The notes beneath the pieces are model-generated. The model searched no databases. It was given only the letters and a program-made list of their open reading frames with translations, and was not told the DNA's origin. From the IMG/VR virus record IMGVR_UViG_3300024283_000062, positions 1 through 50,393 of that record: a stretch of 50,393 nt of DNA; one strand, 5' to 3'. Numbering within the stretch: position 1 is the first letter of the stretch; each line of letters begins with the position of its first letter. The translations under genes and the position numbers were made by a program. This document shows, piece by piece, positions 43,085 to 50,393 of the stretch. The DNA comes from a virus. Taxonomy: Duplodnaviria; Caudoviricetes.

Positions 43085-46000
43085 TCATGGCTGCGCTGCC
43101 CGTTCCGCCGCTTTCGGCGGACGCGCGTCCTCACTGCGCCACGGCGCCGTGGTGTCGAGGAAACTCTTGGCGCCATAGGCCGCGGCGCCGAGGCCGCCCA
43201 GCACCTTGAGTGGCCCCGGCAGCCGCGCCAGGGCGGTCGCCGCCGGCTCGCCCGCCACCTGCCAGGCCGGCTTCGCCACATCGTCCACCAGCCCCCAGGG
43301 GACCAGCCCGCCGCTGGCGTCCTGCGCCGCGCCCTTACCCTTGCCCTCTTCGCCGTCGTCGCCGCCCAGGCTGGGCAGGCTCGGCAGCCCGGCCAGCCCT
43401 GGTAGCTCAGGTAACTTGCCTTCCGGGGTTTCCTTCGGCAGCTGACTGCCTTTCTCGCCCGCCACCGCGCCGGCAAAGGCGGCAGCGGCGCGGGGCGACG
43501 TGCCGAACTGCAGGGCTGTTCCGGCGGCGACCTTTGCCGCCGCGCCACCCACCCCGCCCAGCGTGGTCAGGACGTAGGCCGCCGCCGGCACGCCCACCAG
43601 ATTGAACGCGCCACGGGCGGCGTTGAAATACCGCGTGTTAGTGTTCGGGCTGTCGTTCGCCATAACAAAGGGGTTGATCACGTCCTGCGCATTCTTCGCC
43701 ATCCAGTTGAGCGAGGCACCCTCCAGCAGCGACCCCACGCTGCCCTCGTAGCGCAGATGCGACCCCAGCTGGATGATCGGATCGAGCGTGCCGTTGAGGC
43801 CCGATCGCTGCATCGCGAGATCGATCAGGTAGCCGCCCAGGTTGCCCTCGTCGGCCTGCTTCTGCCACTGGTCCGGCGCGAACAGATACTGCCGCAGCGC
43901 GGTGGTCAACAGCCCCGCCGCCACCATGGTGCCCGCCATCGCGGCGGCATGCGCCGCGGCGCCGCCCGCCGCCAGCATGCCGCGGGTCTTATAGGCGTGC
44001 GCGATGTTGTCCATCGCCGGCTGCAGCACGTTGCGCTGGAACTGGTAGTTGAAGCTCATCAGCTGGAACGCCAGGCCGACGAACGGCGTCGAGGACATCG
44101 CCGCCCGGTCGACCTTGTAGGGGTCCTGGATGGTGCGGTCGGTGAGCCGCCGCGTGGCCAGGCTGTAGGCCCCCGCCATCGGGTCGCTCCGCAGCTGCGC
44201 CACGGTGGGCCGGCCGCCGTTGAAGTCGGTCATCCACTTGGCGAAGTCAGCGTGGATCGGATCGTTCAGGCCCAGCTCGCGGAACCACCGGGTGGCGGTC
44301 TCCTTGGCTACGGCGTCGGTCCCCCGGTGGTCCCGGGACAGCTTGGCCAGGAAGCCGTTGGCCGCCGCGGTCGCGGCGATACGCTGCGAGTTGGTCAGCT
44401 GGGTGAGACCGGTGATCCGGTAATACTGGGTCATGAACTTGTTCAGCGCCGGACTGTCGGCGTAGTTGGCGCTCATCCGGTTCAGCATGATGCTGTCGTG
44501 CATCGCGCTGGTCACCGTGCCGAGGTATTCCGCCATCTCGGTGCGCTCGCGGGCGGACGCCGTCTTCATCAGCTGGCCGAACTGGTTGGCGAAGGTCTCG
44601 AAACCCACCCGCATGCTGCCGGTGGCCAGCGCCGCGTTCATCGGCTCGGCCAGCGCGGACCAGGCGGCGCGCGGCATCAGCGCGATGCTGCCGGCGGCGT
44701 GGATGACGTTGGAGAACTTCATCAGCCCCGACATGCCGCGTGTGTTCTGCTGCCCAGTGACCGCCAGCATCTGCTGATGGAACCAGTTGGCGTCGTGGGT
44801 GTTCATCGCCAGGTGGTCGTGGACCTTGGCCATCATCGCGTCCAGGTCCTCGCCATTGGCGCCGAACCGTTCGGCGAACGCGATCCGGCGCGCGGCGGCG
44901 TGGAAGTAGTTGGGCAGCGCGTCGGTCGGGCTGGTGCGCATGAACTCGCGCATGATCTGATCGGCTTCCGGCGGCAGCACGCGGGTCTTCAGGTATTTGC
45001 CGGAGGGTCCCACGGTGTCGAAATCGTGCATCCCGCCCGCCATCAGGCGGGCCAGCCAGCCGTTGGCCTCCAGTGCCGACGTGTGGTCCCGCAGCATCGG
45101 GTGGGCTTCCTCCGCGATCTGCTGGGCTTCGAGTTTGAGCTGCTCGTGTTCAGCCTCCAGCACTGGGTTAGGACCAGAAAACAGTTCGGCCTCGATCTCG
45201 GCCTGGCGGCGCAGGTTCCGGCGCAGCTCGTTCATGTGTCCGGTCAGGGCGAGCAGCTCGCCGCTGCCGCCCCGCGGCTCGTTCTCGCGGTCGGCCTTGG
45301 ACAGCGTGGTCCACTTCTCCAGCAAGGCGGTCGGATCGGACCCTGGGTCGCCCAACTCAGTGTCGAACATGTTCGCGTGCAGCAGCTGCGCCTGCTTCAG
45401 AAACTTGAGCTTGCTGGCCTCGCTGGCGGTGGCCTTGAGGGCATCATACAGCCGCGGGTAATAGCCGCTGCGGGCGTAGCCCACATCGATGCCCGCGTCA
45501 TGCGTGGCGCGCCAGACCTCGTCCATCAGGTTGCGCAGGCGCCGGCCGGCGGTCAGCAGGTGGTCCGGGATCGCCCTGCTGGGACCAGTGCCGTCCGGGT
45601 TCACCGGGTAGCGGGTCTCGCCGGTGGTCAGGAAGTGCCGGAGCATGTCGCCGTCCGCGACGCTCATCGCGTCGGCGTTCCGGTAGCCGGCGCTGGTCAG
45701 GATCTTGGCGAACCGGTCGGTCCAGCCGCGGGCGTATTTGCGCACCGCTTCCTCGAAATTCTCCGGCGTGTAGCGCCCTTCACCCGGAGCCGCGGCCACC
45801 CGGTCCAGCATCTCGCGCAGCAGGGGTTTGACCTGCTCGGGGGCGCGGCCGATCACCGTCTCCATGATGCCGTGATGCGAGTGAACCACCGTGCGGGCGT
45901 AGTCCGCCATGCGGCGATACCAGGGATACTCGCCGGTGGGGCGTGACGCATCGGTCAGGGCGGTGGCGTTCAGCAGACTGCGGATCAGGGTCTTGGTCTT

Positions 46001-49000
46001 GTCGCCCATGGTCCTGGCGTCACGCACCGCCTGCGGGTTGGCGCCAGGCGGCACGGTGGCGCCATAGTGCAGCGGGTCCGAGATGCCGAGGTTGGCCGGT
46101 CCCTGCGGGGTGACGCCATGCGACAGGACGTTTTCGTTGCGCATCACATCGTGCAACTCGTCGAACGCCGTGAAGATATTCATGCGGTCTTCGGCCTGCG
46201 GGTAATAATCCCCCATCATCCGGTTGGTCTCGCGGATGTAGGCCGCGTCCGGCATCACTGCGCCGCGCGGATCATGCCCCGCGGTTTCCATCTTCCAGGC
46301 CATCCAGGCTTCGTGGGCACGCGCGAACAGCTCGGCGGGGTCGGCATAGTAGCCAGGCTTGGGGGACCGCCGCGCCCCGGCCAGGAACTCGGTCGGCTGG
46401 ATGCGTAGTCGGCTGCCCGCCGCCTCCAGCAGGGCCAGCTGGCGCTGGGCCTCCGTCGCGGCCTTGGTCGGGTTGCCCAGCCGGTCGACCGCTTCGGCCT
46501 GTCTCTGCAGGCTGATCTGGCGCGCCGCCATCGCCGCCTTGTCGTAAAACATTATGTTCATCAGCCGCGCCACGGCGCCCTGCACGCCGTCCCTGGGGTC
46601 CAGCTGGCCGGCGCGGGCGTAACGGGTGAGCAGCTGGGTGGCGTTGCCGGCGCCCATCAGGCGATCGGCCAGCTTGTGGTCCATCGCGTGCGCCCACTCG
46701 TGGCCGAAGCTGTTGGCGCCACCGGTGATGCGGATCTCGCCGGCCGTGCTGTAGGCGCCGTAATAGCTCTTGGACCCCTCCGGATCGATCACCAGCCGGA
46801 GCCGGCCGAAATCCCCCGCCGCCTCGTAGGGCAGGCCCAGGTCGCTCATCAGGTCCTGGGTTGCCCGGGTCATGTCCAGCATCGCATCGCGGGCGATCTT
46901 GCGGTCCACCGGGGTCGGCTCGGACCCCTCGCGCCGGCCTTCCACGCTGACGTTGCGGAAGCCCATTGTGTTCTGCATGTGGTTGGTCAGGACGTGGATC
47001 TGCTCTTCCATCGGCCGGTTAACCATCACGCGCGGGTCTTTGCCGGCCTGCTCGAACACGCTGTCGTAGACGCTGGTCCCGTTGTTGAACTTGTAGTCCC
47101 TGACGTGGTCGGCCGTGGCCCTGACTTCGGGTGCCCCGGCAAATGGTTGTTTGCGCCCGCCCACCCGAGGACCACTGGCGCCCTTGTCCTGGAGAGCCTG
47201 TTCACGCGCCGCGATCTGGCGGTCCAGGTCGGCGAACCGGTTGGGGTTAGTAGTCGGCCGGTTGCGGGTCTCGATCAGCCGGTCAAGCTGCTGGTCCCCG
47301 GTCGGGGCACGACTGGTCCCGGCATTCTGGTCCTCCGCAGGACCGGTGGTCCCAGGGACCACTGGCTCGATACGATCCGAAAGTGTAGCGCCTCGCTGCA
47401 AATTTTCTTGTGGTCGGCCGTAGTCGATAACCTGCGGCGTATCGAACACGTTACGCAGCAGTTTGATGTCGTGGCCCTGACTCGTGATGTCGCCAGGCGT
47501 GCTGTCGTCCCAATGCACGATGATGCCGTCGTGGCCCTTGGACTGGACGATTTCCTTGAGCCGCTGGGTCATGCCCAGGACCTGGTCCTTCGGTAGCCCG
47601 GTCGGGTTGGGCACCTGCCAGCCGGCTTCGCGCGTCAGCTTACGCCAGTCCTGGTCTGATCGGATGATCAGAGGGTTTTCTACTTCGACCGGATGTGCGG
47701 TGACGTTAGGACCGTATTGTTTGGCGGCTTCAGGATCGAACGCAGAATAGCGGGCTTCGCCGGCAATCGGCACACCTGCACTGAGAGGGTTATAGGCGCT
47801 GGCCTGATTGGCACGGCCAGAACCACGATAGACCGTCTGCCCGGCAAACTCGTGTGTCGCAGCGGTGCCAGGCGTGGGCTGTCCCGGACCAGCACCCTCC
47901 GCATCGGCTTGACGTGCGAAGTCCAACACCCGGCCGCGCCAGGTCTCGCCTTTACGGAGCGGGTCTTTGGCCCCGGTCGACAAGATTGACCGGTATTCGC
48001 TGTCAGGCGCGCTCCGTGCGTCCAGTTCGGCCACTGCGGCGCGGTATTGGTCGCCACGCGTTTGAGTTGGTCCCGGGACCGCGCCCTGGTCGGTTTTTGG
48101 TATACCGCCGACCGCGTTTACACCAGCGGCGGGAACTGTTTCAGTGGGCGATGGAGCCTGACGAGCTTGCCCCTGGTCTGGCGGCGGTGCTGCCTGAGTA
48201 TCGCCAGCGCCCACGCCCGTATCTCCGGGGCGGACACCGCCCGGCTGTTCGGCGGGAAGTCGCGCAGCACCTGCCTCGCCCACTGGAGCTGCTGGTTCGG
48301 GTCGTCCGGCGGTGCTACCAGATCCGTCATCCGGCGGAACGATAACAGGTTCGGGGGGCCGCGGCGATGGAGTTTCGCTTTCAGTTCGAACCACCGCAGT
48401 CGGGACCGGCGGCGCTGGAGCCGTTTCTGGCGGCACTGGTGTTTCAGATGCAGGCGTGGCTGGCGCAGCCTGGGCTACCGGAACCTCCACCGGAGGTGGC
48501 ACCGGAACTGGCTCGGTCGTTCTTTCGGGCACTGGCCCCGGCACTGGCTCAGTGGCTGGAACAGTATCACGGGGTGTTGCCACCGGCGTTGATACGTCAG
48601 GCGCTGGCGCTGGCGGGACAGCTGCAGTCCCGGGTGGTGGTTCACTAGCCGGGGGTGCCTCCACTGGTCCTGGACGGCCTCTGACGGCCTGCACCGCTCG
48701 CCCGCCCACCTGGTGCCCGACGCCGAACGCGGCGCCGGTAGCGATGTCCTGGCCCAGTCCTTCGACCATCTGTTTGCCCGAGGGCAGCGGCTCGCCCATC
48801 GCCAGCGGCACGCCCACGCGTCCCGCCGCACCCACCGCAGGCTGGGTCGCCAGGGACTGGAACAGGATCTTGCCGATCACGCTCTTGAACGGCGCCAGCT
48901 CGAACAGGGGCGCGGTGGCGGCGCCGATCGCGCCGGTCACCAGAGCATGCTTGATGGTGTAGTCCACCGCCTCGTCGTGGCTCATTCTGCCGCCCTGCAC

Positions 49001-49630
49001 CGCGGCTTGGTAGGTCGGCACCAAATCCTGCATCAAAGATGTGCCGCCGACGCCGAGGGCTGCACCGATGATACCGCCGACTGGGCCACCCACGGCGGTC
49101 CCGGCGGCGCCACCGGCGAGACCACCACCGATCACTGGGACCGAGTGACCGATGCCGTAGCCCAGTTCATTGAACCAACCACGGGTCGGCTCGGGCGGCG
49201 CATTCGGGTCAGCGGCGAAGGCGTTGCCGGTGGCAAGCTGCGCCGCTTCTCGTCCAGATGCACCAACGCCCGAGAGCAGTCCGCTGAAGAACCCGCTTTC
49301 CTGCGGCGGCTGCGCATCGCCAGGCTGTGTGGGTACCACCGATGACGCCGACTGAGCTTGTCCCGCAGCCAGACCCTCTTCCGGGGTGTTGAAGAACTGC
49401 GGCAGGGCGTCTATCGCCGGAGAGGGTGTTGACGCGGCGGGGATCTGAGCGGCCGGGGCGGCTGGGACGGGAACCGGAGTGGCAGGGACCGGGACCACTG
49501 CCGGTTGCGTCACCGGCGGGGGCGATACCGTCGTCGCGGCCTGCCCCGCGGCCAGACCCTCTTCCGGCGTGTTGTAGAATTGCGGCAGCGCCGAGGGCAG
49601 GACGCCGGAGAGGTTGCTGCCGTCAGGCAT
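43085..49630 (-). CDS. Giant internal virion / polyvalent protein with ART-like and LPD1-like domains
   Basis: 2181 aa. VYRGS...A.QYG.NV......NPL...GHDGIIV (ART-PolyVal-like) and SFGHEWAHAMDH...YYADPAELFARAHEAW...YYP (LPD1-like). Last gene of the late operon. Confidence 0.8.
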   Translation of the reverse strand: MPDGSNLSGVLPSALPQFYNTPEEGLAAGQAATTVSPPPVTQPAVVPVPATPVPVPAAPAAQIPAASTPSPAIDALPQFFNTPEEGLAAGQAQSASSVVPTQPGDAQPPQESGFFSGLLSGVGASGREAAQLATGNAFAADPNAPPEPTRGWFNELGYGIGHSVPVIGGGLAGGAAGTAVGGPVGGIIGAALGVGGTSLMQDLVPTYQAAVQGGRMSHDEAVDYTIKHALVTGAIGAATAPLFELAPFKSVIGKILFQSLATQPAVGAAGRVGVPLAMGEPLPSGKQMVEGLGQDIATGAAFGVGHQVGGRAVQAVRGRPGPVEAPPASEPPPGTAAVPPAPAPDVSTPVATPRDTVPATEPVPGPVPERTTEPVPVPPPVEVPVAQAAPATPASETPVPPETAPAPPVPTAVVRTESETPSPRPPEPVIVPPDDGSGSTAGRPEPAAPVGEAGAARLPAEQPGGVRPGDTGVGAGDTQAAPPPDQGQARQAPSPTETVPAAGVNAVGGIPKTDQGAVPGPTQTRGDQYRAAVAELDARSAPDSEYRSILSTGAKDPLRKGETWRGRVLDFARQADAEGAGPGQPTPGTAATHEFAGQTVYRGSGRANQASAYNPLSAGVPIAGEARYSAFDPEAAKQYGPNVTAHPVEVENPLIIRSDQDWRKLTREAGWQVPNPTGLPKDQVLGMTQRLKEIVQSKGHDGIIVHWDDSTPGDITSQGHDIKLLRNVFDTPQVIDYGRPQENLQRGATLSDRIEPVVPGTTGPAEDQNAGTSRAPTGDQQLDRLIETRNRPTTNPNRFADLDRQIAAREQALQDKGASGPRVGGRKQPFAGAPEVRATADHVRDYKFNNGTSVYDSVFEQAGKDPRVMVNRPMEEQIHVLTNHMQNTMGFRNVSVEGRREGSEPTPVDRKIARDAMLDMTRATQDLMSDLGLPYEAAGDFGRLRLVIDPEGSKSYYGAYSTAGEIRITGGANSFGHEWAHAMDHKLADRLMGAGNATQLLTRYARAGQLDPRDGVQGAVARLMNIMFYDKAAMAARQISLQRQAEAVDRLGNPTKAATEAQRQLALLEAAGSRLRIQPTEFLAGARRSPKPGYYADPAELFARAHEAWMAWKMETAGHDPRGAVMPDAAYIRETNRMMGDYYPQAEDRMNIFTAFDELHDVMRNENVLSHGVTPQGPANLGISDPLHYGATVPPGANPQAVRDARTMGDKTKTLIRSLLNATALTDASRPTGEYPWYRRMADYARTVVHSHHGIMETVIGRAPEQVKPLLREMLDRVAAAPGEGRYTPENFEEAVRKYARGWTDRFAKILTSAGYRNADAMSVADGDMLRHFLTTGETRYPVNPDGTGPSRAIPDHLLTAGRRLRNLMDEVWRATHDAGIDVGYARSGYYPRLYDALKATASEASKLKFLKQAQLLHANMFDTELGDPGSDPTALLEKWTTLSKADRENEPRGGSGELLALTGHMNELRRNLRRQAEIEAELFSGPNPVLEAEHEQLKLEAQQIAEEAHPMLRDHTSALEANGWLARLMAGGMHDFDTVGPSGKYLKTRVLPPEADQIMREFMRTSPTDALPNYFHAAARRIAFAERFGANGEDLDAMMAKVHDHLAMNTHDANWFHQQMLAVTGQQNTRGMSGLMKFSNVIHAAGSIALMPRAAWSALAEPMNAALATGSMRVGFETFANQFGQLMKTASARERTEMAEYLGTVTSAMHDSIMLNRMSANYADSPALNKFMTQYYRITGLTQLTNSQRIAATAAANGFLAKLSRDHRGTDAVAKETATRWFRELGLNDPIHADFAKWMTDFNGGRPTVAQLRSDPMAGAYSLATRRLTDRTIQDPYKVDRAAMSSTPFVGLAFQLMSFNYQFQRNVLQPAMDNIAHAYKTRGMLAAGGAAAHAAAMAGTMVAAGLLTTALRQYLFAPDQWQKQADEGNLGGYLIDLAMQRSGLNGTLDPIIQLGSHLRYEGSVGSLLEGASLNWMAKNAQDVINPFVMANDSPNTNTRYFNAARGAFNLVGVPAAAYVLTTLGGVGGAAAKVAAGTALQFGTSPRAAAAFAGAVAGEKGSQLPKETPEGKLPELPGLAGLPSLPSLGGDDGEEGKGKGAAQDASGGLVPWGLVDDVAKPAWQVAGEPAATALARLPGPLKVLGGLGAAAYGAKSFLDTTAPWRSEDARPPKAAERAAQP

Positions 49631-50143
49631 CTAGCCGGTCCCGAAGAAACGCTGGTTGTAGTCCTGCATCGGCTGCAGCGCCCGGGTCACCGCCGCCGAG
49701 AGACCACCGCCCCCGCCTGCCGCGTTCATCAGCGACGCCAGCAGCATCGGGTTTGGTCCCTGGGCCTGTTGCGGCGCGGCCGCGGCGGCAGGAGGTGGTG
49801 GAGGTGGCGCGGCCGGCGGCTGGTCCCCGATGGGCGGCAGCCTGGCGTCACCTGGGTTGCTCGCGACGTAGCTGGACAGCGCCGGATTGCACCCCGGGCA
49901 GGTCCAGTCGCCGAGGCCCCGCCTGGCCACCGCTTGCTTGAACACCGCGTCCTGCACTTCCGGGGGCGCCACCGCGGCGGTGGGATAGGCCGAGGTGTCG
50001 ATGCCCAGCTGCGAACCATACTGGCGCCAGGTGGAGGGCACGAACTGATAGGCGCCCGCCGCCCCCGAGGACGGGTTGACCGCGGTGTAGTTGCCGCCGC
50101 TCTCGAAGTGCTTGACCAGATCGGCGAGGGACTGGAACGCCAT
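49631..50143 (-). CDS. Lysozyme-like lytic transglycosylase, probably virion-associated
   Basis: HFESGGNYTAVNPSSGAAGAYQFVPSTW...APPEVQDA (Rpf/SceD-like core). Confidence 0.85.
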   Translation of the reverse strand: MAFQSLADLVKHFESGGNYTAVNPSSGAAGAYQFVPSTWRQYGSQLGIDTSAYPTAAVAPPEVQDAVFKQAVARRGLGDWTCPGCNPALSSYVASNPGDARLPPIGDQPPAAPPPPPPAAAAAPQQAQGPNPMLLASLMNAAGGGGGLSAAVTRALQPMQDYNQRFFGTG

Positions 50144-50146
50144 GCG

Positions 50147-50393
50147 TCAACCCCCTCCCCCCGCGGCCATGGCCGGCATTGGATACACCAGGCCGCCACG
50201 CACGATGCCCGCCGGTCGCCCAGCCGTGTCGTATTGAATACTCCCGTCCGCGGCCCCCGGCGCAGCACGACCGATCGCACCCGGGGGCGCCGCTGCTGCC
50301 GGAGCAGCAGGCGTGGGCGACACCCCGCCATACATCTGCTGCGTGGTCAGCGGCGTGGGACCACTGGCGGCAGGTTGGCCCAGGAACCGCTGG
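50147..50393 (-). CDS. 3' end of the junction-spanning internal virion protein
   Basis: ORF 50147..50335 is in frame with the 2127 start after circularisation. Confidence 0.8.
   Translation of the reverse strand, partial: QRFLGQPAASGPTPLTTQQMYGGVSPTPAAPAAAAPPGAIGRAAPGAADGSIQYDTAGRPAGIVRGGLVYPMPAMAAGGGG
50268..50393 (+). repeat. Terminal overlap, copy 2 (circularisation overlap)
   Basis: Identical to 8-133. Confidence 0.97.

Larger units (their letters stand above)
1..50393. mobile_element. Complete circularly permuted temperate podovirus-like bacteriophage genome (~50,260 bp unit length)
   Basis: Terminase, portal, capsid, tail tubular proteins, integrase, repressor and DNA polymerase are all present. 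The ends overlap and no host housekeeping genes are seen. Confidence 0.95.

Noticed and set aside
43757-45946. Long antisense ORFs (this 729-aa one, also 550..1569, 7662..8582, 12766..14271, 21121..22473)
   Set aside because: Shadows of real high-GC genes on the opposite strand, with no recognisable motifs.
1-50393. tRNA, rRNA, methyltransferase or reverse transcriptase genes
   Set aside because: None recognised by eye. tRNAscan-SE and HMM searches would be needed to exclude them.

Overview
The window is an essentially complete, circularly permuted ~50.26 kb GC-rich temperate podovirus-like phage genome. Bases 8-133 repeat exactly at 50268-50393, inside one CDS that spans the junction. The minus-strand late region runs 24076->1 and 50393->43085. 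It encodes a putative small terminase, an HNH nuclease, two tail spikes, large terminase, portal, a lysis cassette, scaffold, major capsid, tail tubular A/B, a GNAT-like protein, ejection proteins, a transglycosylase and a 2181-aa polyvalent protein. The other modules are a MoxR/CbbQ AAA+ plus VWA pair, a split RepB-type primase and D5 helicase with an adjacent ori-like repeat region, a repressor-xis-integrase operon facing a Cro-like gene, and a plus-strand replication operon (RuvC-like, SNF2 helicase, DUF2800 nuclease, DUF2815 SSB, family A polymerase). Six signals are not explained by gene content: (1) a strongly over-represented, strand-polarised heptamer TGGTCCC across the genome, a candidate primase recognition site; (2) a near-perfect chromosomal parS site with no parB gene; (3) a small locus at 9.9-10.7 kb with a 24-aa toxin-like peptide, a convergent structured-RNA candidate and a duplicated holin 3' end; (4) an IHF-flanked att-like site 9 kb from the integrase; (5) a GACACGAC operator-like motif in most intergenic regions; (6) ADP-ribosyltransferase-like and LPD1 domains in the giant virion protein. 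All product calls come from motif recognition and synteny, not database searches. Motif counts are by eye. An alphaproteobacterial host is only an inference.
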